Of a stretch of DNA of 60,209 bases, positions 52,042 to 60,209 are shown piece after piece. Under the pieces are notes generated by a model. It did no database searches, was not told where the DNA came from, and worked only from the letters and a program-made list of their open reading frames with translations. The position numbers and the translations under genes were made by a program. The stretch covers positions 1-60,209 of the forward strand of contig JBBRUZ010000001.1 in NCBI GenBank assembly GCA_038247355.1, in the 5' to 3' direction. This stretch comes from Rhodobacterales bacterium. GTDB taxonomy: Bacteria > Pseudomonadota > Alphaproteobacteria > Rhodobacterales > Rhodobacteraceae. How positions within the stretch are numbered: the first letter of the stretch is position 1; the number at the start of each line of letters is the position of its first letter.

Positions 52042-52065
52042 GCGAAACCTCTCCCGGGTCAACCT

Positions 52066-52094
52066 GACCTCGGGCGACAGATCCGGGGTCTTCT
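52066..52094 (+). terminator. Possible intrinsic terminator
   Basis: Stem GACCTCGG...CCGGGGTC followed by TTCT (weak U-tract). Confidence 0.3.
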
Positions 52095-52191
52095 CCGCGC
52101 CCAGACGTTGACACCTGCGACGCCCTCGTGAAAAAGAGGGCGTCGCCGGGGCCTTCCAAGCCAGCCCGTCGTGCGTCCGCTGGGGGCTCCG

Positions 52192-52977
52192 ATGCGCATC
52201 CTGATCACCAACGACGACGGCATCACCGCGCCGGGGCTCGCGGTCGCCGAAGCGGTGGGCGCCGAGCTGGCCGGCCCGACCGGCGAGGTCTGGGTGGTGG
52301 CTCCGGTGTTCGAACAGTCGGGCGTCGGACATTGCGTCTCCTACATCCGTCCGATGCGCATCGAGCAGTTCGAACCCCGACGCTTCGCCGTAGAAGGTTC
52401 GCCCGCCGACTGCATCATCGCCGGCGTCTGCGAGATTTTGCGCGACGCGCCGCCGGATCTGATCCTGTCGGGGGTCAATCGCGGTCACAACGTCGCCGAG
52501 GACACGGTTTACTCCGGCACGGTCGGCGGAGCGATGGAGGGGGCGCTGCACGGGCTGCGCGCGATCGCGATGTCGCAATACTACGGGCCGGGCACGCGCG
52601 AGGCGCTTGATCCCTTCGAGGCGGCGCGGGTTCACGGGGCGGACGTCTGCCGCCGGCTGATCGACGCCGCGACCTGGCGCGACAAGCCCTATGGAGTGTT
52701 TTACAACGTGAACTTTCCCGCCCTGCCGGCGGCGGACGTCCGCGGTCTGCGGGCGACGGTGCAGGGCCATCGGCCCGGCGACACGTTCGGCGTGCAGCCG
52801 CACATCGCCCCCAACGGCCGCAAGTTCCTCTGGCTCACCCACGGGCACGACAATGCCGACACGGCGCCGGGGTCGGACGCGCGCGAATGCCGCGACGGGT
52901 TCATCACCGTGACGCCGCTGCGCGCCGACCTGACCGCGCATGACGTGGGGCCGGCGCTGGCGCTGGCGCTCGGATGA
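52192..52977 (+). CDS. surE: 5'/3'-nucleotidase SurE
   Basis: Motifs ITNDDGI, EQSG, GSPADC, SGVNRG and [11 protein letters not shown]. Confidence 0.96.
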   Translation: MRILITNDDGITAPGLAVAEAVGAELAGPTGEVWVVAPVFEQSGVGHCVSYIRPMRIEQFEPRRFAVEGSPADCIIAGVCEILRDAPPDLILSGVNRGHNVAEDTVYSGTVGGAMEGALHGLRAIAMSQYYGPGTREALDPFEAARVHGADVCRRLIDAATWRDKPYGVFYNVNFPALPAADVRGLRATVQGHRPGDTFGVQPHIAPNGRKFLWLTHGHDNADTAPGSDARECRDGFITVTPLRADLTAHDVGPALALALG

Positions 52978-52981
52978 CGCG

Positions 52982-53629
52982 ATGACCCCGGCGGAGCGGC
53001 AGATGGCGTTCGTCTTCGCGCTCCGCTCGCACGGGGTGACGAACCCGGACGTGCTGAAGGCGATGGAGGCGACGCCGCGCGCGGATTTTCTCGAGGGGAT
53101 CTTTCGCGACCGGTCGTTCGACGACACGCCGCTTCCCATCGCCTGCGGCCAGACCATCAGCCAGCCCTCGGTAGTCGGGTTGATGACCCAGGCTCTGGAG
53201 GTGACCAGGCGCTGCAAGGTGCTCGAGATCGGCGCCGGATCGGGGTATCAGGCGGCGATCCTCGGGCGGCTGGCGCGCCGGGTCTATACAGTCGAGCGCC
53301 ACCGGCGGCTCGCGCGGAACGCCCGGGCGGTGATCGAGCGCCTCGGTTTCGGGACGGTCACGGTCTTTATCGGCGACGGCTCGCTCGGTCTGCCGGACCA
53401 CGCGCCGTTCGACCGGATCATCGTGACGGCCGCCGCGGAAGACCCGCCGAAACCGCTGCTGGACCAGCTGCGGGTCGGGGGGATCATGGTGTTGCCCGTC
53501 GGCCAGAGCCATGCGGTCCAGACGCTGATCAAGGTGGTCAAGACCCCGACCGGACTCGACTATGTCGATCTGGGCGCGGTCAGGTTCGTACCGCTTGTCG
53601 AGGGGATCGCAGAGGATGTGTTGGACTAG
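52982..53629 (+). CDS. pcm: Protein-L-isoaspartate O-methyltransferase
   Basis: Motifs [30 protein letters not shown] and VRFVPL. Confidence 0.95.
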   Translation: MTPAERQMAFVFALRSHGVTNPDVLKAMEATPRADFLEGIFRDRSFDDTPLPIACGQTISQPSVVGLMTQALEVTRRCKVLEIGAGSGYQAAILGRLARRVYTVERHRRLARNARAVIERLGFGTVTVFIGDGSLGLPDHAPFDRIIVTAAAEDPPKPLLDQLRVGGIMVLPVGQSHAVQTLIKVVKTPTGLDYVDLGAVRFVPLVEGIAEDVLD

Positions 53630-53656
53630 CCGGTAACGGCGATATATGGTGGTAAC

Positions 53657-54766
53657 ATGATCGAGCATCCGGCAATCCGCAGCCTTCGCGCGCTTCTGGC
53701 CGGCGCCGCCCTCGGCGTCCTCGCCGCTTGTGCGCAGGGCGTGAGCGTGGGCACGTCGCCAAGCGCCGTGGCCAATGCGACGCCGGACGCCCGCGGCGTC
53801 ATCACCTACGCCACCTATCAGGTCGCGGTGGCGCGCGAGGGCGATACGATCGCCGCGCTCGCCGCGCGCGTCGGAACTTCGGCGGAGGAGCTGTCGCGCC
53901 GGAACGGGCTGCCGTCCGACTATGTGCTGCGCGCGGGCGAGGTCGTGGTGTTGCCCGACGGCGTCCCGCGGCCCGAGACCGCGGCCGGCTGGAGCCCGGA
54001 ACAGGCGGCGGCGGCCATCGACGCCGCGCCGGTGGCGACGACGCCGTTGCCGCCGACCGCCGCGGCGCCGCCCGGACGGACCGGTCCGCTGATCGATCCG
54101 ATCCGCCACCGGGTCGAGGCGGGCGAGACGGTCTATTCGATCGCCCGACTCTACGGTGTGACGGCGACGGCGTTGGCGTCCTGGAACGGGCTCGGGCCGG
54201 ACATGGCGATCCGGGTGAACCAGGAGTTGCTGATCCCGATCGTCTCGGACGCGAACCAGATCTCGAGCACGCGCGACACCGCGCCCGGCGAGGGCACGGC
54301 GGTGACGCCGCCGCCCATCGCCGCCAAACCGCTGCCCGAGAACCTGGCCCCGGGCGAGAACCCGGACTCGCCGGGTCTCGGCCAGTACCACACGCCGCCG
54401 GGCGGACGCCTTCAGGCCCCGGTTTCCGCGCCCGTTGTCAAGCGGTACGATCCTTCGGGGCCAGGCGGAAGCGAAGGCATCGGCTTCGCCGCACCGGCGG
54501 GGACGGCAGTGCGCGCAGCGGGCGACGGCGAGGTGGCGCTCGTGTCGGATTCGCTCGGGGACCTCGGGACGATCGTGCTGGTACGCCACAGCGACGACCT
54601 GATGACGGTCTATGGCCGCGTGACGGGCGTGACCGTGACGCGCGGCCAGCGGGTGACCGCGGGTCAGACGATTGGCGCGGTCGCGCCGGGCGATCCCACC
54701 GAACTGCATTTCGAGGTGCGCCGCGGCACTGAAAGCGTCGACCCGACAACCTACATCGGCGGTTGA
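53657..54766 (+). CDS. nlpD: LysM/M23 lipoprotein (NlpD/DipM-like)
   Basis: Lipobox LAAC, two LysM domains and a degenerate M23 domain (EGIGF, LHFEVR); surE-pcm synteny. Confidence 0.85.
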   Translation: MIEHPAIRSLRALLAGAALGVLAACAQGVSVGTSPSAVANATPDARGVITYATYQVAVAREGDTIAALAARVGTSAEELSRRNGLPSDYVLRAGEVVVLPDGVPRPETAAGWSPEQAAAAIDAAPVATTPLPPTAAAPPGRTGPLIDPIRHRVEAGETVYSIARLYGVTATALASWNGLGPDMAIRVNQELLIPIVSDANQISSTRDTAPGEGTAVTPPPIAAKPLPENLAPGENPDSPGLGQYHTPPGGRLQAPVSAPVVKRYDPSGPGGSEGIGFAAPAGTAVRAAGDGEVALVSDSLGDLGTIVLVRHSDDLMTVYGRVTGVTVTRGQRVTAGQTIGAVAPGDPTELHFEVRRGTESVDPTTYIGG

Positions 54767-54880
54767 CGGCGCCGCTCCCGACAGCGTGGGACCAAACCGC
54801 GCCGCTTCGCGTTTCGCAGACACCGGCACGCAGAGCCGTCATCGAGGGACTTTATCCGGAGCGCAAACGCCAACGTGCGC

Positions 54881-56074
54881 TCAGGCGATCGGGTCGGATA
54901 TCGGCGGTTTCTCCGCGGGGGGTTCGAGCTCGCGCACCCATTCGCGCCAGATGGCGACGAGCAGCGCCATCAGCACCGGCCCGATGAACAGGCCGACGAA
55001 GCCCATCGTCTTGACCCCGCCGATCAGCCCGAAGAACGTCGGCAGGAACGGCAGCTTGATCGGGCCGCCGACGAGCGTGGGCCGGATGGTCTTGTCCACG
55101 ACGAACAACTCGATCGACCCCCACAAAAACAGGCCAAGCGCCGCGCCGGGGCTGCCGCTGGCGAAAAGATACACCGAAACCAGCGTCATCGACAGCGGCG
55201 CCCCGCCCGGCACGAGGGCCATGAACCCGGTAATGATGCCAAGCGTCACCGGCGACGGCGCGCCGGCGATCCAGTAGGCGGCGCCGAGAATGATCCCCTC
55301 GCCGATGGCGATCAGCGTCATGCCGGTGACGGTCGAGGTGATCGTGCGCGGCACCACGCGCGAGATGCGCTCCCATTGCTCGGGCAGGATGCGCTGCCCG
55401 ACGCGGTCGATCTGTGCGGCGATCACGTTGCCGCTGCGGTAGAAGACGAACAGCGTGATCAGCATGAACAGCATCGCAAGGAACAGATCGAAAGCGAAGC
55501 GGCTCGCGGTCAGGATGCCGCGATAGACGCTGCCGAGCGTCTCGCCGCTGGTCACCTGGACGAATTCGCCGATTGCGCCTGGGCGCCCGACATAAAGGTC
55601 CCATTGCTCGGCGAGCCAGGGGCCGACGCCGGGAAGCGCCAGGATCCAGGACGGACTCGGCGCGCCCGAGCGATTGGTCTCCGCCGCCCATTCGGCCCAG
55701 ATCCGCGCCTCGGCCACGGCGTAGGCGGTAGCGAAGATCAGCGGCACGACGAGAAAGAGCGTGATCGTCAGCACGAACAGCGCGGCGGAGGCGGTGCGTC
55801 CGATGGACAGCGTCTCCTGCGTCCTGACGTGCAGCGGCCAGGTGGCGAAGGCGATGATCATTGCGGCGAGAACCGGTGCAAGAAAGCCGTGAAAGAACCA
55901 GATCGAGGCCGCGAGGATCGCGACGAGCAGCCAGCGCCCGGCCGAGCGGGTTCCGACCAGCGGCGCGCGCGACGCCGAGGCGTCGAGGTTATGCGCGTCT
56001 GGCTTCAGCGCGTCTGGCTTCAGCGCGGCCGGTTGCGGCGCGATCCCGGCGCGCAGCGCCGGATCGCCGCTCAT
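54881..56074 (-). CDS. AI-2E-family transporter
   Basis: Multi-TM protein with DKTIRP and GGVKTMGFVGLFIGP. Confidence 0.9.
   Translation of the reverse strand: MSGDPALRAGIAPQPAALKPDALKPDAHNLDASASRAPLVGTRSAGRWLLVAILAASIWFFHGFLAPVLAAMIIAFATWPLHVRTQETLSIGRTASAALFVLTITLFLVVPLIFATAYAVAEARIWAEWAAETNRSGAPSPSWILALPGVGPWLAEQWDLYVGRPGAIGEFVQVTSGETLGSVYRGILTASRFAFDLFLAMLFMLITLFVFYRSGNVIAAQIDRVGQRILPEQWERISRVVPRTITSTVTGMTLIAIGEGIILGAAYWIAGAPSPVTLGIITGFMALVPGGAPLSMTLVSVYLFASGSPGAALGLFLWGSIELFVVDKTIRPTLVGGPIKLPFLPTFFGLIGGVKTMGFVGLFIGPVLMALLVAIWREWVRELEPPAEKPPISDPIA
55993..56027. repeat. 15-bp in-frame tandem duplication
   Basis: GCGCGTCTGGCTTCA x2, encoding LKPDA-LKPDA in the AI-2E N-terminus. Confidence 0.8.
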
Positions 56075-56462
56075 CGGCTCGTCCCCGCAAGACCCGCGCC
56101 GTGCCCGGACCCGAGGACCATGCGCGCTGCGGCCCGGCGGGCGACGACCCGCGAACGCGCGGTCCCGAGCGCGGGGCCGTGGGCGTCGCCGAAACCGACC
56201 GTTCGGGCGACAACCGAGCGTCCGGGCGCTAGGGTACTGCGGCAGACCGCAGGCGGCGGATCAGCGCCGGGGGAAAGTCGCGTCATGTCGGCCTTCGGAC
56301 CTTTTTGAAGGGCTCAACCATCCGGCTGCGCCGCTCCTCTTCGTAGCCGCTGCGGATCGATTCCGCCACCGTCTCATGCGACGCAGCGATCAATCGCACG
56401 GACAGGGTCGGGGCCGAAGGCGCCCCCCCGGCACGCCGTGACCGCGCCGACACACGCACACT

Positions 56463-57314
56463 TCACCCCAGCCGCACGCCACGCCGCCCGGCGAGGTCGG
56501 TGACGAATTGCCAGGCGACGCGGCCCGAGCGCCCGCCGCGGGTCTGCGACCATTCGATCGCCCCCGCCCGAAGGTCCGCGTCGGCGATCGCGATGCCGGC
56601 GGCATCGCAATATCCGCGGATCATCGCGAGATAGTCGTCCTGAGTGCAGGCATGAAAGCCGAGCCACAGACCGAAGCGGTCCGACAGCGACACCTTCTCC
56701 TCGGTCGCCTCGCTGGGGTTCACAGCCGTCTGCCGCTCGTTCTCGATCATGTCGCGCGGCATCAGATGGCGGCGGTTCGACGTGGCGTAAAGCACGACGT
56801 TGTCGGGACGGCCCTCGATGCCGCCGTCGAGCACCGCCTTCAGCGACTTGTAGTGACTGTCGTCCTTCTCGAAGGACAGATCGTCGCAAAACAGGATGAA
56901 ACGTTCGGGGGCGCCGCGCAGCAGCGCGAGCAGGCGGCCAATGCTGGGCAGATCCTCGCGGTGAAGCTCGATCAGCTTGACCCGGCCCGGCGCCGCGCCG
57001 GCGACCTCGGCATGGACCGCCTTGACGAGGCTCGACTTGCCCATGCCGCGCGCGCCCCATAGCAGGACGTTGTTGGCGGCGGCGCCGGCCGCGAACTGAC
57101 GGGTGTTCGCGAGCAGCGTGTCGCGGGCGCGGTCAACGCCGACCAGAAGTCCGATGCCGACGCGGGCGACACGCACGACCGGCGCGAGCCGGTCGGGGCC
57201 CGTCTGCCAGACGAAAGCGTCCGCGGCGCTGAAATCGGGTGCGGGCGACGGCGGCGGGCTGAGGCGTTCGAGCGCCCCGGCGATGCGGGCGAGCGCGCAG
57301 GCGTCGAGGCTCAC
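56463..57314 (-). CDS. DUF815 AAA+ ATPase
   Basis: Motifs NNVLLWGARGMGKSS, FCDDLSF, YATSNRRH, SLSDRFG and RSGRVAWQ; overlaps the tatC stop. Confidence 0.92.
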   Translation of the reverse strand: MSLDACALARIAGALERLSPPPSPAPDFSAADAFVWQTGPDRLAPVVRVARVGIGLLVGVDRARDTLLANTRQFAAGAAANNVLLWGARGMGKSSLVKAVHAEVAGAAPGRVKLIELHREDLPSIGRLLALLRGAPERFILFCDDLSFEKDDSHYKSLKAVLDGGIEGRPDNVVLYATSNRRHLMPRDMIENERQTAVNPSEATEEKVSLSDRFGLWLGFHACTQDDYLAMIRGYCDAAGIAIADADLRAGAIEWSQTRGGRSGRVAWQFVTDLAGRRGVRLG

Positions 57315-58162
57315 GTCTTCTCCTCGGCCTCGTCCTCCACCGGCTCGACCCAGAGACCCTGGGCGCGCAGCTCGGCCTCGGTCTTGCGTTCGAAATAGCG
57401 CACCAGCACGATCGAGATCTCGTACAGCGGATAAACCGCCGCGAACAGGATCATCTGGGACACCATGTCCGGCGGGGTCGCCACCGCGGCGATGATCAGG
57501 ATGACGACGACCGCGTAGCGCCGGAACGCCGACAGACCCTTCGCCGTCACCATCCCGGCCTTGCCCATCAGCGTCAGGAGCACCGGCATCTGAAAACACA
57601 AGCCGAACGCGATGATGAACTTCATCGTCAACCCGAGGTATTCGTTGATCGTGCCGAGGAACTGGATCGACAGGTCGCCGCTGTCGGTGAACGCGCTGGC
57701 GCCGAACTGCTGGAACGACAGGAAGAAGTCGAAAGCGATCGGCAAGACGACGTAGAACGAGAACGCGCCGCCGATGATGAACAGCACCGGCGAAGCGATC
57801 AGGAACGGCAGGAACGCATTCTTTTCCTGGCGATAGAGACCGGGCGCGACGAACCGCCAGAGCTGGTGGGCGATCACCGGGAAGGCGAGCACGAAGCCGC
57901 CGAACATCGAGATCCGCACCTGGGTCATGAAGCCCTGCTGCAACCCGGTGAAGATCAGTTCCGGCTTCTGGCCGTTTTCGACCAGAAGCCGCGCGATCGG
58001 TTCGGCGAGGAAGTTGAAGATCGGGCCCGCGAACGCGAAGGCTGCGATCATCGCGATCACGAAGGCGAGGATCGAGCGGATGATCCGGGTCCGAAGTTCG
58101 GCAAGATGCTCGATCAGCGGCGCGGTCGAATCGTCGATGTCCTCGGGCTTCAGGGCCTTCAT
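57311..58162 (-). CDS. tatC: Twin-arginine translocase subunit TatC
   Basis: Motifs HLAELRTR, FVAPGLY, FQMP and TPPD. Confidence 0.96.
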   Translation of the reverse strand: MKALKPEDIDDSTAPLIEHLAELRTRIIRSILAFVIAMIAAFAFAGPIFNFLAEPIARLLVENGQKPELIFTGLQQGFMTQVRISMFGGFVLAFPVIAHQLWRFVAPGLYRQEKNAFLPFLIASPVLFIIGGAFSFYVVLPIAFDFFLSFQQFGASAFTDSGDLSIQFLGTINEYLGLTMKFIIAFGLCFQMPVLLTLMGKAGMVTAKGLSAFRRYAVVVILIIAAVATPPDMVSQMILFAAVYPLYEISIVLVRYFERKTEAELRAQGLWVEPVEDEAEEKT

Positions 58163-58596
58163 GTCGCGGCCGCGTCCCTCGCGGGCGACGACGCGCTCGC
58201 CGGACCGGGCGCAGCACCCGCTGGAGCCGTCGCCGCCGGAGCGGAAGGCGCGGGAACCGCAGCTGTCGGGGCGGTGACGCCAGGCGCTGGCGCGGCGTCA
58301 GGCTTGTCCGCCGCGAGATCGGCGGGCTTGATCAGCTTCTCGGCGTAGTGCCGCGCCGAAGTCGTCGGCGATTTGAGGTTCAGGCGGTCGATGCCCTTGA
58401 GGCTCTCGGCGGCGTCGCGAAAACCGCTGTCATCGGCGGCCTGCTCCATCGAGCGCTGGAACTCGCGCGCCATCCCGCGTGCGCGACCCATGAAATTGCC
58501 CGCGGCCTTGAACAGCTTCGGCAGGTCCTTCGGGCCGACGACGATCAGCGCCACCACGCCGATCAGCATAAGCTCACCCCAGCCGATGTCCAGCAT
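58159..58596 (-). CDS. tatB: Twin-arginine translocase subunit TatB
   Basis: MLDIGWGELMLIGVVALIVVGPKDLP. Confidence 0.95.
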   Translation of the reverse strand: MLDIGWGELMLIGVVALIVVGPKDLPKLFKAAGNFMGRARGMAREFQRSMEQAADDSGFRDAAESLKGIDRLNLKSPTTSARHYAEKLIKPADLAADKPDAAPAPGVTAPTAAVPAPSAPAATAPAGAAPGPASASSPARDAAAT

Positions 58597-58623
58597 GGTG
58601 CGCCCCTTCCCCGCCGCGTGCGA

Positions 58624-58845
58624 TCAGACCTTGTCCCGCTCCGGCGTCACGTCGCGCGCGGCTTCCGCGGCGGCGGCCTTCGAGCTGTTCTCGATTTCGT
58701 CCGAGCCGTCCTTGATGCCGCGCTTGAAGCTGGTGATGCCCTTGCCGACTTCGCCCATGAGGCCCGCAACCTTGCCGCGCCCGAAAAGGACCAGGACGAC
58801 GATGGCGACCAGGATCAGGCCGGCGGGGCCGATGTTCTGAAACAT
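58624..58845 (-). CDS. tatA: Twin-arginine translocase subunit TatA
   Basis: TM segment followed by LFGRGKV...GKGITSFKRG. Confidence 0.94.
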   Translation of the reverse strand: MFQNIGPAGLILVAIVVLVLFGRGKVAGLMGEVGKGITSFKRGIKDGSDEIENSSKAAAAEAARDVTPERDKV

Positions 58846-58999
58846 GCGAATTCTCCCATCTCGAGGCGGGCTGGAAACCGCCGGTCGCGATCCGCCCATA
58901 CTCGGCCTTTCACATAAGGCTTTCGACGGGGCTAATCAAACCCCAAACCGCCAGGACCGCCCGCGTCCGCGCAAGTTCGCGCGATCAGATCGGCCGGTC

Positions 59000-60127
59000 T
59001 CAGGGCGCGTTATCGCGCGCGCAGGGAAAGACGAAGCAGCGGTCGCGGCGCAGCGACAACCAGAGCGGAGTTCCGGGCCGCGGCAGGAACACGCCGGGGA
59101 TCGTCGCCCGCAGGCACGAGCCGTCATGATCCATGCCGAGCTCGACGATGGACTGGTGCCCGAGAAAACGCGCGCGGACCACCGAACCGCGCGCCGGAAC
59201 GCCGTCCTGGGAAGTCGGGAGCGGGCCGCTTCCCTGCCGGTCGAAGTCCATCTTCAGATGCTGGGGACGGATGACGATCTCGACGCCGGTTCGGTCGGGC
59301 AGTCCCGGCGTCAGGAACTGGCCGAAAGGGGTGTCGGTCTGAAAGTTCCTGACGGCGCCCCGGATAACGTTGACGTCGGAGAAGAACATCGCCGCCGCCT
59401 TGTCGACGGGATTGTTGTAGATGGTGTAAGGCGCGCCCCGTTGGACGATCCGCCCACGGCGCATCAGCGCGATGCCGTCGGCCATGCGCATCGCTTCCTC
59501 GGGCTCGTGGGTGACGAGAAGCACGGCGGCGCGCTCCTCCTTCAGGATCTCGAGCGTCTGGTCGCGCACCTCGTCGCGCAAGCGCTCGTCGAGGCCCGAG
59601 AACGGCTCGTCCATCAGCAGCACGCGCGGTCGTGGCGCGAGCGCACGCACGAGCGCAACCCGTTGTTGCTCGCCCCCTGAGAGCTGGTGCGGATACTTCG
59701 CGCCGTGCCGGGCGAGCCCGACGCGGTCGAGCAGGAGCCTCGCGCGCTCCGACTTGGCCGCCGCCGGTCCGCGGACACCGAAGGCGACGTTCTCCGCAAC
59801 CCGCAGATGCGGAAACAGCGCAAAATCCTGGAAAACCAGCCCGACCTCGCGTCCCTCGGGCGGCACATGCAGCGGCCCCTGCGACACGACGCGGCCATCG
59901 AGCGCCACCGACCCGGCGTCCTGGCGCTCGACCCCCGCCGCGATGCGCAACAGCGTGGACTTGCCGCAACCCGACGGTCCGAGCAGACAGGTCACTTCGC
60001 CGCCGCGCAACTCGATCGACACGTCGTCGAGAACACGCACACCATCGTAGGCGTGGCAGACATCCATCAACGCCAGCCTGATCCTGTCAGGATCGGCGCG
60101 AAGCAGCTTCATCGGGGACGCATCCAT
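59000..60127 (-). CDS. ABC transporter ATP-binding protein (FbpC/PotA-like, with TOBE domain); start 60112 or 60127
   Basis: Motifs GPSGCGKS, FQDFALFPH, LSGGEQQR and DEPFSGLD. Confidence 0.9.
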   Translation of the reverse strand: MDASPMKLLRADPDRIRLALMDVCHAYDGVRVLDDVSIELRGGEVTCLLGPSGCGKSTLLRIAAGVERQDAGSVALDGRVVSQGPLHVPPEGREVGLVFQDFALFPHLRVAENVAFGVRGPAAAKSERARLLLDRVGLARHGAKYPHQLSGGEQQRVALVRALAPRPRVLLMDEPFSGLDERLRDEVRDQTLEILKEERAAVLLVTHEPEEAMRMADGIALMRRGRIVQRGAPYTIYNNPVDKAAAMFFSDVNVIRGAVRNFQTDTPFGQFLTPGLPDRTGVEIVIRPQHLKMDFDRQGSGPLPTSQDGVPARGSVVRARFLGHQSIVELGMDHDGSCLRATIPGVFLPRPGTPLWLSLRRDRCFVFPCARDNAP

Positions 60128-60209
60128 ATCCGAGAAAAACCATCGGGTTTTTCAGCCAGATACCGCTCGGGCGCGCCGGGCGCAAGGACTGCCGGCTATC
60201 TCCGCCGTA

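Noticed and set aside
55993-56027. Tandem repeat as a contingency locus or CRISPR
   Set aside because: Only two in-frame 15-bp copies in a disordered N-terminus. There are no spacers or cas genes anywhere in the window.

Overview
A GC-rich alphaproteobacterial chromosomal segment, probably Rhodobacterales judging from gene content and order. Housekeeping genes include gyrB, ilvA, nrdR-ribD...ribE-ribB-ribH-nusB, parC, etfBA, pckA, hprK-rapZ-EIIA-HPr, trpG, surE-pcm-nlpD and tatABC. The main accessory block is a C-P lyase phosphonate cluster at about 9.7-22.7 kb: phnF / phnGHI-HAD-phnJK-corA-phnLN-(DUF1045 antisense)-phnM-phnDCEE. This cluster lacks phnP. It carries a YihX-like HAD phosphatase and a CorA Mg2+ transporter translationally coupled inside the operon. 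Other content includes a TetR-controlled RND pump and a nested pile of three IS remnants (IS110-like, IS66, IS3) before gyrB. The chvI-chvG two-component genes are missing from their usual place between pckA and hprK. Several genes are damaged: two in-frame TAG codons, a frameshift and a collapsed divergent gene pair. No rRNA, tRNA or CRISPR array was seen. All product calls come from motif recognition by eye; no database search was run.
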